Below are positions 20,046 through 30,347 of a stretch of DNA of 64,000 nt, one piece after another. Every line of letters starts with the position of its first letter. Within the stretch, counting starts at the first letter, position 1. Source of the stretch: Alphaproteobacteria bacterium (GTDB taxonomy: Bacteria; Pseudomonadota; Alphaproteobacteria; Rhizobiales; NORP267); NCBI GenBank assembly GCA_028599125.1, contig JAQRMX010000026.1:17596-81595 (forward strand). Direction: 5' to 3'. Under the pieces are notes generated by a model, which did no database searches, was not told the DNA's origin, and saw nothing but the letters and a program-made list of their open reading frames with translations. Both the position numbers and the translations under genes were made by a program.

Positions 20046-22613
20046 TTATCTCTTCCTAATTGAAGGGAGCGGGCGAATATATGGTGTAGAGGTAAATTCT
20101 GAAAACCGCGCATTTTCTTTTTGATTATTCTTTGTTGTTTGTGTTTGGGGGATGATGTTCTGAACTACCTGCTCCGGAATTGTTTTTTCTTCTTGCAAAG
20201 AGGAGGGGGATTGTTCTCCATTTTTAATGGTCGCGACTTTGTTCAGGAGTATATCCGAGGATTTTTTTCCTGATTGTTTCGCGGAAGCAAAACTTTTCTG
20301 GGGAGTGATTTGCGAAATTCTGTCGTAAATGCTCAATGATCCTGCCACAAGTAATAGGATTGCGCTTGTCGTGAGCGTAGCGACCCAGACGCTGTTGCGT
20401 ATTCTAGGAGGCGGCTGGCCGGGGAGTTTTTCAAAGAGGCGTGCTTCTATTCCAGATCGCATCTTTTCCATGATTTTAAACGAAAAGACTTTGTTTTGGA
20501 GAGTTTGTAAGTCTCGCGTTTTGATGAAGTAGTGAGGAGATTTAACGCCTTTTTGCGCACCAGAGAGTCTAGAGACATTTTGCATATCGTCTGGGTCTTG
20601 CGTTTCCTTTTTACTGTTATGTCTGAAGGCCATTGTCCTGTTCCTCAAATTGCCATTTTGTTTTTTATTTAACGATTGGGCATTTTTTGCTGCCATTCGT
20701 GCTGAAGCAAGCAAAGCTGAGGTTGTTTGATGTTTATTAAGAAAGGGTTGGTTGTCGTTTTCCAGCTTTTCCTCCTTTTGTGTCACATCTACCGTTTTTT
20801 GTTGCTCATTTTGTGTTGAGACGGTGAATTGAATATTATTCAGATCTTTCTGAAGCCTTTGCATCAACATGTTATCATGAGGAGCCTGAGCCTGAGCCTG
20901 AGCCTGAGTTTCTGTTTTTGCATCCTGTTTTATGAAAGATTCATCACGAATGGTCTTCATGATTTTTTCTACGGCTTCTGTAAGGTCTTCTTTTGTTTTT
21001 TGAGAGTCATTTCTGTGGACTGTGTCTATGTGCGTGTTGATGCTTTCTACTTTTTGGCTGAAATCTTTTATGGCTTGCAGTGTTTCTTTTGAGGTATGGG
21101 AAAGGTTATCCCTAATTGTGTTAATTTGTTGGGCCATGTGCTCCATCGGCAGTTTCAGACTGAGTATTTTTGCAAGTTTCTCATTATTATCTTCAAAGGA
21201 TTTTGCAATGTTTGCAATCTTCCCGATTGCCGGCTCTGGATTTATGTGATCATCTTTCTGTCTGGCAAGTTTTTCAATTTTATCAGCGAGTGCCTGAACA
21301 AATTTTTCCAGATTTTTGAGATTATAATCCTGCTTGCAGGGAAGCAGGGGGGCGCGCGTTGTATTTTCTGTCAGGCCCTCTTTGTGTAACGTTTTATCGA
21401 GGGTGACGTCCGGGTAGGGTTTGTTTGTTTTTTTTGGTATCGGGCATGAAGAGGACATAGCGTCCTGTTTCATATCTGTGCACAAGGTCTCGTTTTTTGA
21501 CGATATGAGGCTGTTTTCCTTTTTATTTTTCTCTGTGTCCTTATCACTGGAGAGCCTCTTCTGGAGGATATCGGCAAGTTTATCATCATCATTTTTCCAA
21601 GGTCTATTGAAATCAGAAAAGAATTTATCCCGGCTGTGATCTGGGTCTGATTCGGGTAGGGAACCGATGTTTCGGTTGGTCTGCGGATCAAAAGATAGTT
21701 CCGCGCTTTTATTTGTCCCGGATAGCAGGGATGATGAAGGCTCCTGTACGTTTTGTGTTACAGGAAAGGTATTTTTTTTATCTTCACGGCGGTCAGGGAT
21801 GGCGTCTGTAGCTGCCATAAGCATATTTTCTGACGTATGTTTTAATGCTGTAGAGATATTCTGGAGTAGCCAGTTTTTCTCTACTCCTTCTCCGAAGGAA
21901 GAGGAATGTTCACGATCTCTATTGTTTTTGTGAGAAGAGATTCTTTTTAGAGGAGGGGGAGTATTGCCCTGATTCAGGAGATTGTCTCTATGCGTTTTTT
22001 TAAGTGTTTCTTTCTTGCTAGAGGGAGGCGCATCAAGGCTTGTGGTATCAAAGTCTGAAAGGCGCTTTTGGATCTCTGCCAGCAAGTTTTCCTCATTACT
22101 TTTTTTTATGGGGAACGGATTTTCATGGCGGGCTTCATTTTCAGGAGCTTTATGCTCTTTCCGTTGTGGAGCTTCGATGGAGTGGCCTGTCGGATTGATA
22201 GTAGGTATTTTTTCTTGTGTTTCTTTCCTTCTGGAAGGGAGCGCATCAAGGCTTGTGGTATCAAAGTCTGAAAGGCGCTTTTGGATCTCTGCCAGCAAGT
22301 TTTCTTCATTACTTTTTTTTACGGGGAACGGATTTTCATGGCGGGCTTCATTTTCAGGAGCTTTATGCTCTTTCCGTTGTGGAGCTTCGATGGAGTGGCC
22401 TGTCGGATTGATAGTAGGTATTTTTTCTTGTGTTTCTTTCCTTCTGGAAGGGGGCGCATCAAGGCTTGTGGTATCAAAGTCTGTAAGGCGCTTTTGAATC
22501 TCAAAAAGGAGAGCGTCATATCCGGGCAGAATCAAGCCGTTAGGTTTCTCTTTACGCCATTCTTTCGTATTTGAACCCAAGGAGTGTTTCGCAACCATTT
22601 CATGGCCTCGCAT
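20046..22613 (-). CDS. Large repeat-containing, low-complexity protein with a single TM segment near the C-terminus (855 aa)
   Basis: This is a long open frame in otherwise stop-rich DNA. It carries about 2.3 copies of a 71 aa unit (LLAEIQKRLSDFDTTSLDA.PSRRKETQEKIPTINPTGHSIEAPQRKEHKAPENEARHENPFP.KKSNEEN), coiled-coil-like central segments, an (AQ)n run, and a hydrophobic helix (VWVATLTTSAILLLVAGSLSIY) about 90 aa from the C-terminus. There is no signal peptide and I do not recognise a family. Confidence 0.7.
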   Translation of the reverse strand: MRGHEMVAKHSLGSNTKEWRKEKPNGLILPGYDALLFEIQKRLTDFDTTSLDAPPSRRKETQEKIPTINPTGHSIEAPQRKEHKAPENEARHENPFPVKKSNEENLLAEIQKRLSDFDTTSLDALPSRRKETQEKIPTINPTGHSIEAPQRKEHKAPENEARHENPFPIKKSNEENLLAEIQKRLSDFDTTSLDAPPSSKKETLKKTHRDNLLNQGNTPPPLKRISSHKNNRDREHSSSFGEGVEKNWLLQNISTALKHTSENMLMAATDAIPDRREDKKNTFPVTQNVQEPSSSLLSGTNKSAELSFDPQTNRNIGSLPESDPDHSRDKFFSDFNRPWKNDDDKLADILQKRLSSDKDTEKNKKENSLISSKNETLCTDMKQDAMSSSCPIPKKTNKPYPDVTLDKTLHKEGLTENTTRAPLLPCKQDYNLKNLEKFVQALADKIEKLARQKDDHINPEPAIGKIANIAKSFEDNNEKLAKILSLKLPMEHMAQQINTIRDNLSHTSKETLQAIKDFSQKVESINTHIDTVHRNDSQKTKEDLTEAVEKIMKTIRDESFIKQDAKTETQAQAQAQAPHDNMLMQRLQKDLNNIQFTVSTQNEQQKTVDVTQKEEKLENDNQPFLNKHQTTSALLASARMAAKNAQSLNKKQNGNLRNRTMAFRHNSKKETQDPDDMQNVSRLSGAQKGVKSPHYFIKTRDLQTLQNKVFSFKIMEKMRSGIEARLFEKLPGQPPPRIRNSVWVATLTTSAILLLVAGSLSIYDRISQITPQKSFASAKQSGKKSSDILLNKVATIKNGEQSPSSLQEEKTIPEQVVQNIIPQTQTTKNNQKENARFSEFTSTPYIRPLPSIRKR
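20882..20908. repeat. Hexanucleotide microsatellite (GAGCCT) x 4.5 inside the 855 aa CDS
   Basis: Read directly from the sequence. On the minus strand it encodes the QAQAQAQA run. Confidence 0.8.
22006..22501. repeat. Tandem direct repeat with a 213 bp unit, about 2.3 copies, near-identical
   Basis: The string GCGCATCAAGGCTTGTGGTATCAAAGTCTG recurs at 22028, 22241 and 22454, an exact 213 bp period. Copies 1 and 2 differ at only a few positions. The repeat lies within the 5' part of the 855 aa CDS and is in frame (71 codons). Confidence 0.9.
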
Positions 22614-22990
22614 GAATCAGGCACTCTGCCGATAAGGGAGCGTCTGGGATACCTGGCTACGCTCGGTCCCATTCTTTTTCCGGAAGCGAACGTGAAAGTC
22701 CGGAAACTATAACAGTGTATTTTCTTTTGGTAAAAAATTTATTAAGATACTTTTTTTTTTTGTTCATTTTTAAGATTTAGTCTGTGAGCAGAATTTTTTT
22801 CTGGTAAGGGGTTTGCGATCTCTCTTCTGAAGCAAGGTGCAGGAAAAATTTTTACTTTTGTAGAGAATTTCAAAGAATTTCTTTTCCTTTTTTTACTTTT
22901 TAATTTTTTGGCAACGCATTTTTTCCCTTCAGTTCATAGATTTCATCGGAAGGGGGCCGGGTTCACGGGACGGCAGAAAAATTTTTCGAT

Positions 22991-24661
22991 TTAGAAAAGC
23001 CCTTCGATGTTTCTTTTTTGATTGATTCGGATTTTGTGAGCGGCTGGTACTTCGGGTAGGCCGGGCATGGTCATGACCTTATCTGTCACCACGACGACGA
23101 ACCCGGCACCTGCAGAGAGGCGAACTTCCCTGATGGGCACTGTGTGTCCTGAGGGGGCTCCCTTCAAATCGGGGTTCGTAGAGAAAGAATATTGCGTTTT
23201 TGCTATGCATACCGGTAATTTTCCGTATCCTTCCTCTTGCAGCTCACTGAAAGTGTTTCGTACATCCTGACTTGTGCTGATTCCGTCTGCCCCATAAATC
23301 TCTTTTGCGATCGTTTCCACCTTCATGCACAAAGGTATCTCATCCTTGTAGAGAGTCTGGAAACTTCCAGTGCTGCTTTCACATAATTCAACCACTTTTT
23401 CTGCCAGCTCACATGCGCCATCGCTCCCTTTTGCCCAGTGATTACAGAGAATGACTTCAACACCATGCGTTTCAAAGGCGTCCTTAAGGGCTTTGATTTC
23501 ATTTTCTGTATCAGCGATGAAACTATTTATGGCAACGATCACAGGCACGCCAAATTTTTTAACATTGTTTATGTGGCGGTGCAGATTTACACATCCTTTT
23601 CTGACAGCATCAGTGTTTTCATTCTCAAGTTCATTTTTTTCAATCCCCCCATGCATCTTGAGTGCGCGGATGGTTGCAACGATAACAGCTGCGGCGGGTT
23701 GCAATCCGGCTTTCCGACATTTGATATTAAAGAATTTTTCTGCACCAAGATCGGCACCGAAACCTGCCTCAGTGACCACATAGTCTGCTAATTTTAGAGC
23801 CGTCCGTGTTGCTATTACAGAATTACATCCATGCGCGATATTCGCAAAAGGTCCACCGTGAATAAAGACAGGGTTATTCTCAAGCGTTTGTACGAGATTG
23901 GGCATTATGGCATCTTTGAGTAATGTTGCCATTGCTCCGGCTGCCTGCATATCTTCAGCTGTCAGTTTTTTCTTTTTATTTGTTTGTCCGATGATGATAT
24001 TGGCTACGCGCTGTTCAAAATCTTGAATATCGGAAGCAAGACAGAGGATGGCCATAACTTCAGAGGCGGCAGTAATATCAAAGCTATCCTGTCGCGGGTA
24101 GCCGTTATTTTTGCCGCCGAGAGATGTGACGACGGAACGCAATGCACGATCATTCATGTCAAGGACCCGGCACCAGCTGATTTGCCTCTGATCAATGCCT
24201 TTCTTGTTCCCCCAGTGAATGTGGTTATCGATCATTGCGGCGAGCAGGTTATGTGCAGAGGTGATGGCATGGATATCTCCAGTAAAGTGGAGATTTATGT
24301 CCTCCATGGGAATGACCTGTGCATAACCGCCGCCTGCGGCGCCTCCCTTCATTCCGAAACAGGGACCAAGAGATGGCTCACGGAGACAGATCAGTGCTTT
24401 TTTTCCGATTTTTTTGAGGGCATCACCAAGACCGATCGTTGTTGTTGTTTTTCCTTCTCCTGCGGGCGTTGGTGTCATGGCCGTAACAAGAATGAGCTTT
24501 CCGTCCATAGAATTATTGGATATCGGTATGGAATCGAGGGCCAATTTGGCTTTATAGGGTCCATATAATAGCAACTGGCTATCGTTAATGCCTAATTTGT
24601 TCGCAATTTGCGTCACGGGCTCTTTTTTTGCATTATGTGCGATTTCAATATCACTTTTCAT
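22991..24661 (-). CDS. fhs: Formate-tetrahydrofolate ligase
   Basis: 556 aa with [22 protein letters not shown] and the [17 protein letters not shown] pattern. Confidence 0.95.
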   Translation of the reverse strand: MKSDIEIAHNAKKEPVTQIANKLGINDSQLLLYGPYKAKLALDSIPISNNSMDGKLILVTAMTPTPAGEGKTTTTIGLGDALKKIGKKALICLREPSLGPCFGMKGGAAGGGYAQVIPMEDINLHFTGDIHAITSAHNLLAAMIDNHIHWGNKKGIDQRQISWCRVLDMNDRALRSVVTSLGGKNNGYPRQDSFDITAASEVMAILCLASDIQDFEQRVANIIIGQTNKKKKLTAEDMQAAGAMATLLKDAIMPNLVQTLENNPVFIHGGPFANIAHGCNSVIATRTALKLADYVVTEAGFGADLGAEKFFNIKCRKAGLQPAAAVIVATIRALKMHGGIEKNELENENTDAVRKGCVNLHRHINNVKKFGVPVIVAINSFIADTENEIKALKDAFETHGVEVILCNHWAKGSDGACELAEKVVELCESSTGSFQTLYKDEIPLCMKVETIAKEIYGADGISTSQDVRNTFSELQEEGYGKLPVCIAKTQYSFSTNPDLKGAPSGHTVPIREVRLSAGAGFVVVVTDKVMTMPGLPEVPAAHKIRINQKRNIEGLF

Positions 24662-24954
24662 TTCTTAGCTCCATTCAGATTTTTAATTTCATATTTCACG
24701 GAAACGTCCGGACGACAATATGCTGGCCGGAAATGTTTGTCTGTGTTTTCCTTCCGGCCTTTCAGGATCTCTCTGTTCCAGGAGAGCACGGCACAAGGTG
24801 TCCCTGAGGAATCAGCCTTCTTTATAGGGGGAAGGGCGTATTCCGGAGTTTTGTCTACGGGAAAGACCCTGTTTTTACGTGAGAGACAAGGACGGGTTCT
24901 GTTTTTTTCCTCCGACGGTTCTCTTTTTGCGTGCACGGGAGACGTAAACAGGCT

Positions 24955-26001
24955 TCAGGAGACAGTCCATGCATGTCCCCCATCAAGCAATTTCTTGATT
25001 TTCTGATTAAGATTTTCTGTCTGGTGAAGGTCTTCCTTTCCAGGATCCTCATTTTTTAGTTGAGGCAGCATGGGTTTGTTTACCGCATAAAAGACGCCAA
25101 CAGGTGTTGGCATACCTTGTCTCCGGTTGAGACCGGCAAGCATCCATGCCATGTTTTCATTTTTTTCATCATGGCAAAGGAGATCAGTTTCGCTTATACC
25201 GTCACACCCTATGGTGACGGCCTCAACAGACAAATTAACCGGATCAAGGACAAGGCCTTTATCATGATTAACACCCCAGATCATTGGGTTCCCGTGGTGA
25301 AGCTCCAGTATGTGATCGGGGCTGTTTTTCTTGTTCGTCAGCTCATGAAAAATCCCGTCATTAAAAATGGGGCAGTTTTGAAGGATTTCGACGAGGGCTG
25401 TGCCCTTATGGTCATGGGCGCGCCTGAGAATTCCCAAGAGATGCTTTTGGGCGACATCAACAGATCGTGCCACGAAGCTCGCACCTGCTCCCAATGCATA
25501 TCTTGCGCTATGTACCGGTTCATTCTCTGAACCGTGCAGAGATGTTGGAGATCGGGTACCAAGGCGTGCTGTGGGGGAGAGCTGCCCTTTGGTTAGTCCA
25601 TAAGTTTCATTGTTGAATAGAAGGTAAACGAGATTAAGATTACGGCGCAGAAGATGGAGGAGGTGATTGCTGCCGATAGAGAGAGAATCTCCGTCCCCGG
25701 AGATAATCCAGATATCAAGTGCAGGATTGGCTAATGTGACACCGGTTGCTATAGCGGCTGCGCGCCCGTGGATTGTATGGAAACCGTAAGTCTGAAGATA
25801 ATAAGGAAACCGTGATGCGCAACCAATCCCCGAAATGAAAACGATTTTTTCTGGGGCCAGTTCCAGATCAGAAAGGGTTTTCTTCACCGCTTTCAGAATT
25901 GCGTAATCACCACATCCAGGACACCATCGCACTTCTTGGTTGGATGCATAATCTTTCGGTTCTAGTTTGTTGATATTGATGGTCAAGGGTTCACTTCTCA
26001 A
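24955..26001 (-). CDS. korB: 2-oxoglutarate (2-oxoacid):ferredoxin oxidoreductase, beta subunit
   Basis: 348 aa with WCPGCGDYAIL and the TPP-binding GDGDSLSIGSNH. It overlaps korA by 11 nt. Confidence 0.85.
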   Translation of the reverse strand: MRSEPLTININKLEPKDYASNQEVRWCPGCGDYAILKAVKKTLSDLELAPEKIVFISGIGCASRFPYYLQTYGFHTIHGRAAAIATGVTLANPALDIWIISGDGDSLSIGSNHLLHLLRRNLNLVYLLFNNETYGLTKGQLSPTARLGTRSPTSLHGSENEPVHSARYALGAGASFVARSVDVAQKHLLGILRRAHDHKGTALVEILQNCPIFNDGIFHELTNKKNSPDHILELHHGNPMIWGVNHDKGLVLDPVNLSVEAVTIGCDGISETDLLCHDEKNENMAWMLAGLNRRQGMPTPVGVFYAVNKPMLPQLKNEDPGKEDLHQTENLNQKIKKLLDGGHAWTVS

Positions 26002-27862
26002 GAATTTTTAGCGCGGCATCGACAATTTCGCTAATTTTAAACGGTTGGCCTGTTACTTTGGGATATGAAATAATAGGGCGGCTATAGGCAGATCGAAGCA
26101 ATGTAGCGAGTTGTCCCATATTCATTTCCGGTATGAGAATAAATTCAAAACAGCTAAGAAGCGTACCAAGATTCCCCGGTAATGGCCAGATATGATGCAG
26201 GTGAATGTGACTGATGATATATTCCTGTTCTGTCAACTGTCTCACGGCCTGGTGGATAGGGCCAAAAGTGGAACCCCACCCAACGATGGCCAAGAGACCT
26301 TTATCAGGTCCATATTCTACCTTTTGTCTGGGAATTCTGTTTGCAATCCCGGCAATTTTATTGTGGCGCAACAGGGTCATTTCATGATGATTTTGCGGAT
26401 CATATGACACATTTCCTGTCTGGTTCTGTCGTTCAAGACCACCGATACGGTGTATCTTTCCCTTCATTCCTGGTATCAGCCAGGGGCGGGCCAGCGTTTC
26501 AGGGTCACGAGAATAAGGTAATGGTGGAGTCAAGCTTTCTGCGTTCCTTTTGACAGGGAAGGGAGTTATGGCATCAATATCCGGAATTTTCCAGGCTTCT
26601 GAAGCGTTTGAAAGATAACCGTCAGTAAGCAGGATAACAGGGGTCATGAAGGTTATTGCAAGTTCCACCGCTTCAATGGCAGCACTGAAACATGCGCTGG
26701 GTGAGCGGGGCGCAAGGACGACGAGTGGCGTATCTGCGCTTCGCCCCCAGATGGCCTGATACAAATCTGCCTGCTCTGTTTTTGTAGGCAGGCCTGTAGA
26801 TGGTCCGCCGCGTTGTGCGTTAATGATAACAAGGGGTAATTCAGTTGCCACAGCAAGGCTGATTGCTTCACTTTTTAGTGCCATTCCAGGACCAGAAGAG
26901 CCTGTAACACCTAGATGTCCGGCATAACTGGCACCAATAGCAGCGCAAACAGACGCAATTTCATCTTCTGCTTGAAAAGGGATGATGTTATATGGCTCTC
27001 CTAGGCCGGTGAGCAGATGAAGCATGTCGGACGCCGGTGTGATTGGATAGGAACAATAGACCATTTTCAGATTAGCCAGCATAGCGCCTGTTACCAGGCC
27101 CCAGCAGAGAGTTTCTGTTCCTGTGACATTGCGATACAGTCCCGTTTCTATAGGCGCCTCCGGGACGTGATAAAGATGTCTGTTTGCGTTGTATTCTGTG
27201 ACATCGGCATAAGCAAAACCCGCATCGAGTGCGGTAAGATTGGCCTCAAGGATGTGCGTTTTTCCAGCAAATTTTTTTCTGATCCAGTCTGTGACCGTGG
27301 TCTTTTCGCGGTCAAACATCCAGAGTGCCAGTCCTAAGGCCCACATATTCCTGGCGTGCCGGGCTTCACGGATTGAGATATGTTCTGTTTTGACGGCTTT
27401 TATGGTGAGATTGGAAAGAGGCAAACGCATGAGACGATAATGATCAAGCGTGTGATCATCAAGCGGGTTAACGTCATAACCGGCTTTGGCAAGATCACGC
27501 GTTGTGAAGCAATTCTCATCAATGATGATGAGCCCGCCATCACGGAGGTCAGAAAGATTGACCTTGAGAGCGGCCGGGTTCATAGCGAAAAGTATATCAA
27601 TATTATCCCCTATGGTCTGTGTTTTATGAGAACCAAAATTAATCTGGAAGGCTGAAACACCCGAAGCACTTCCGGCAGGAGCTCTGATTTCCGCAGGGAA
27701 ATCCTGAAAAGTTGCTAAATCATTTCCTGCAAGGGCCGTTGATTGGGTGAATTGCTTTCCTAATATCTGAATCCCGTCCCCTGAATCTCCTGCAAATCGA
27801 ACGACAGCGGCGTCTATGGTTTCCCGTTTTTGGAAAAGATTTTTATCGTGGTTACTGGCCAT
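25991..27862 (-). CDS. korA: 2-oxoglutarate (2-oxoacid):ferredoxin oxidoreductase, alpha subunit
   Basis: 623 aa in the fused gamma/alpha-type arrangement (RFAGDSGDGIQ ... YPITPASD ... GPGMALK ... QRGGPSTGLPTKTEQ). Confidence 0.85.
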   Translation of the reverse strand: MASNHDKNLFQKRETIDAAVVRFAGDSGDGIQILGKQFTQSTALAGNDLATFQDFPAEIRAPAGSASGVSAFQINFGSHKTQTIGDNIDILFAMNPAALKVNLSDLRDGGLIIIDENCFTTRDLAKAGYDVNPLDDHTLDHYRLMRLPLSNLTIKAVKTEHISIREARHARNMWALGLALWMFDREKTTVTDWIRKKFAGKTHILEANLTALDAGFAYADVTEYNANRHLYHVPEAPIETGLYRNVTGTETLCWGLVTGAMLANLKMVYCSYPITPASDMLHLLTGLGEPYNIIPFQAEDEIASVCAAIGASYAGHLGVTGSSGPGMALKSEAISLAVATELPLVIINAQRGGPSTGLPTKTEQADLYQAIWGRSADTPLVVLAPRSPSACFSAAIEAVELAITFMTPVILLTDGYLSNASEAWKIPDIDAITPFPVKRNAESLTPPLPYSRDPETLARPWLIPGMKGKIHRIGGLERQNQTGNVSYDPQNHHEMTLLRHNKIAGIANRIPRQKVEYGPDKGLLAIVGWGSTFGPIHQAVRQLTEQEYIISHIHLHHIWPLPGNLGTLLSCFEFILIPEMNMGQLATLLRSAYSRPIISYPKVTGQPFKISEIVDAALKILEK

Positions 27863-28302
27863 TTCTCCTATATTTACCCCATTTGCTCATTATAAGAATT
27901 GGCCTGAGAAGGCAGGATTTTCATTTCCTTTTGTTGATTATGCGCGGCATTTTTTTTAATGCAATGGAAAGAGTCTGTCAGGGCGATTGTCTTTTCACGT
28001 CTTCGGGCTATTGTGTGCTTTTCAGCATGTGACGTAAAAGCGTCCTGTTTTTCCAGGAGATGGCTTTGTGATAAGCTATGCGGGAAGGGCTGTCATTATT
28101 ATCAGAACATGATCAGAAAGACTGATTGATTTACGGTTGTATGAAGGTTTCTATATTTTGAGTACTCATTTCCATTTTTCTTCCCGCAGCGCGGACGTTT
28201 TGATGAGTTCAGGTTTCATTTGATTTACAATCCATTCCGCTGCTCGTTCTGGAGAAATCTATACTTATATGTACAAAGGGCAGAGATACCCTATCACGGG
28301 AT

Positions 28303-29613
28303 TTATCTTTCTGAAGCTGATGCTTGCGTATATTCGGCAAGGCGTACGTTTTTGGAGACATTGAGTGGGCGCGTTCCGGGATGTTGTAATAATGTCTGTT
28401 CTCTTGTTTTTGTAATGAGATACGGAGCCTTCGGGTAAGCCGTGAACGAATGTATTCCGTACGTCGCGGAACGCAACAGCCTGATCAGGCTTTCCGTTTT
28501 AGGAGCGGAGAGTTTTGCAAAAGCCAAGTCGGAGACGCGCCGATTTGAGATCATGGTATAGAGCTGTGGCACCTTGTATCCTTGTCTGTGGTGCGTCTTT
28601 GTCTGTATGGAGCCGCGCAGAGGAGTCGTTGTGGGCCGGTCCGTGTACGGTCTTGTTTTTCCGGTAATTCTAAGGAAAGGGCTAGTATCCTGCTGCGGAC
28701 GCAGGTGGGGTATGGGAACAGGGATTTCCATACGCCTGGCCTCTGCGACACGCATGGGCGTGGCGTTGAGCGGACGGCTGGTTGGTATAATTGCTGTTTT
28801 CACGTCTGTTTTTTCCGCTCTGTTGCGGAAAGTCGGCAGGGAAACATTCAGGGCGGCTGGCTTTTCCTGTTGATAAGAAGGAAAACCGCGCGTTTGAGGG
28901 AGGGGGGCAGCAGAGATGAGCTGCGACCTCTTATTCCTGCTTTCTTTTACAGACATTGGTGATAATGGATACCCGTCTGTGGGGACGTGGAGTGAGTTTC
29001 CATCAGGGAAGATCTGAACGAGTTCTTGTCGAGACATGCGGGGCCAGTGCCGAACGCTGCCGATGTCAAGGTGAAGGAACGGAATTCCTGATTTTGGATA
29101 ATGTCCTACGCCGCCGCGTTGGAGCTGGAGGGCAATCTTGTGTACCAAAGACAGGGGGACATCGGGCATATACACATCCATTGCTTGTCCCAGGATATGC
29201 TGGCTTCTTTTCGCAACACCCTTCGTGTGTTTGCGGAGAGCCGAATTGGTAACCGGTGACCGGTATCCAGATAACAGATGAAGAGGTTTTTTTGAGCCTG
29301 CAAGAGTGTGAACGATATAGGCAAGGTCAATGAGTCTAGGGTCAATCGGGATGAGTTCATTGCGCCGCCAATCCCGCATGATGTGGTCAATAGCCCTCAT
29401 TGCAAGGGGATCATATTCACCATCCTGCTTGTAGGTGACGGTCAAATTTTCTTTTGTATGGACATTATAAAAAGAGATTGTGCGTGTTTCTGCTAAAGCA
29501 CGTCCTGTGGTGCATGGGAGGCTCAATAGAGCAATGCCCGCTGCTTGCAAAAAGAAGATAAAGAAAGCTCTGTATCCCCGAGACGCCGGCCATTTTTGTC
29601 TATTTTTCCTCAT
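28303..29613 (-). CDS. DUF882 / peptidase M15A family protein (YcbK/MepK-like murein endopeptidase) with a long C-terminal extension
   Basis: It has a signal-like N-terminus and a core ISFYNVHTKE ... IDPRLIDL ... SGYRSP.TN ... SQHILGQAMDV ... GGVGHYPKSGIPFLHLD. The roughly 230 aa C-terminal tail is low complexity. Confidence 0.8.
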   Translation of the reverse strand: MRKNRQKWPASRGYRAFFIFFLQAAGIALLSLPCTTGRALAETRTISFYNVHTKENLTVTYKQDGEYDPLAMRAIDHIMRDWRRNELIPIDPRLIDLAYIVHTLAGSKKPLHLLSGYRSPVTNSALRKHTKGVAKRSQHILGQAMDVYMPDVPLSLVHKIALQLQRGGVGHYPKSGIPFLHLDIGSVRHWPRMSRQELVQIFPDGNSLHVPTDGYPLSPMSVKESRNKRSQLISAAPLPQTRGFPSYQQEKPAALNVSLPTFRNRAEKTDVKTAIIPTSRPLNATPMRVAEARRMEIPVPIPHLRPQQDTSPFLRITGKTRPYTDRPTTTPLRGSIQTKTHHRQGYKVPQLYTMISNRRVSDLAFAKLSAPKTESLIRLLRSATYGIHSFTAYPKAPYLITKTREQTLLQHPGTRPLNVSKNVRLAEYTQASASER

Positions 29614-30347
29614 CTTTATCAATGTCCTGGCTTATTTACGCTTACTCTGGAACGCTTTGCTCCGGCAGGGCCTATTTATGATAATGAACCTTTCCGTTTT
29701 TACGCCGTTGAAAGGATTTCGAAGTAAAAACAGGAGAGAGGGTAGAGTTTATCAGCTTGAAGGTTAATTATTTTATACTTCATTCATGTTTTTTCAGAAT
29801 ATTACTGTGAAACTGACCTTTTCTGCTTAAATGTGCTCACAACATGGCAGGGGAATAAAAATAGTAGGGGGATATGAACAGGCCTCTCCATGAATTCTCC
29901 ATGAGAGATTTTCTGGAAACCTGTCAGGTTTTTTATTATATTTTATCAGTTTTTTCTGGAGGGGGTCAGCTAACTGGACGTGACCTAAAGTGCTTGATGT
30001 TTAAAGCTTTTCTTTCCAGTTTTTCGTTGTCTGATCGGATTTTTTAGTCAGCTATGCTTTGTCTCTGTGTTTCCGTTGCGCGTATTTCATTCACGTGGTA
30101 AATCCTGTTCCAGTTGGATCCTCTTTCTGCTTTTTGTTCTTAACTTTTCGGTAGGGAGGAAAAATCTTTCAGATTATTGTCCCGGGCTTCCGCACCTGAT
30201 CGCTTATGAAGACAAAAAACTGATAAGAGGAATGAATATCGGCGAATGAGGACCGGTGTGATCAGGTGAAGAGGGGAGTGCTACGACAAGCCGGGTTCTT
30301 GGTCAGCTGGTCAATCTTATTGACAGGGTAGGGATAATATCGAAGGG

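Noticed and set aside
24662-24954. ZTP (pfl) or THF riboswitch upstream of fhs.
   Set aside because: I found no CCGCCTGGGC-like pseudoknot element or other consensus on the fhs strand. Only a generic 8 bp hairpin is present.
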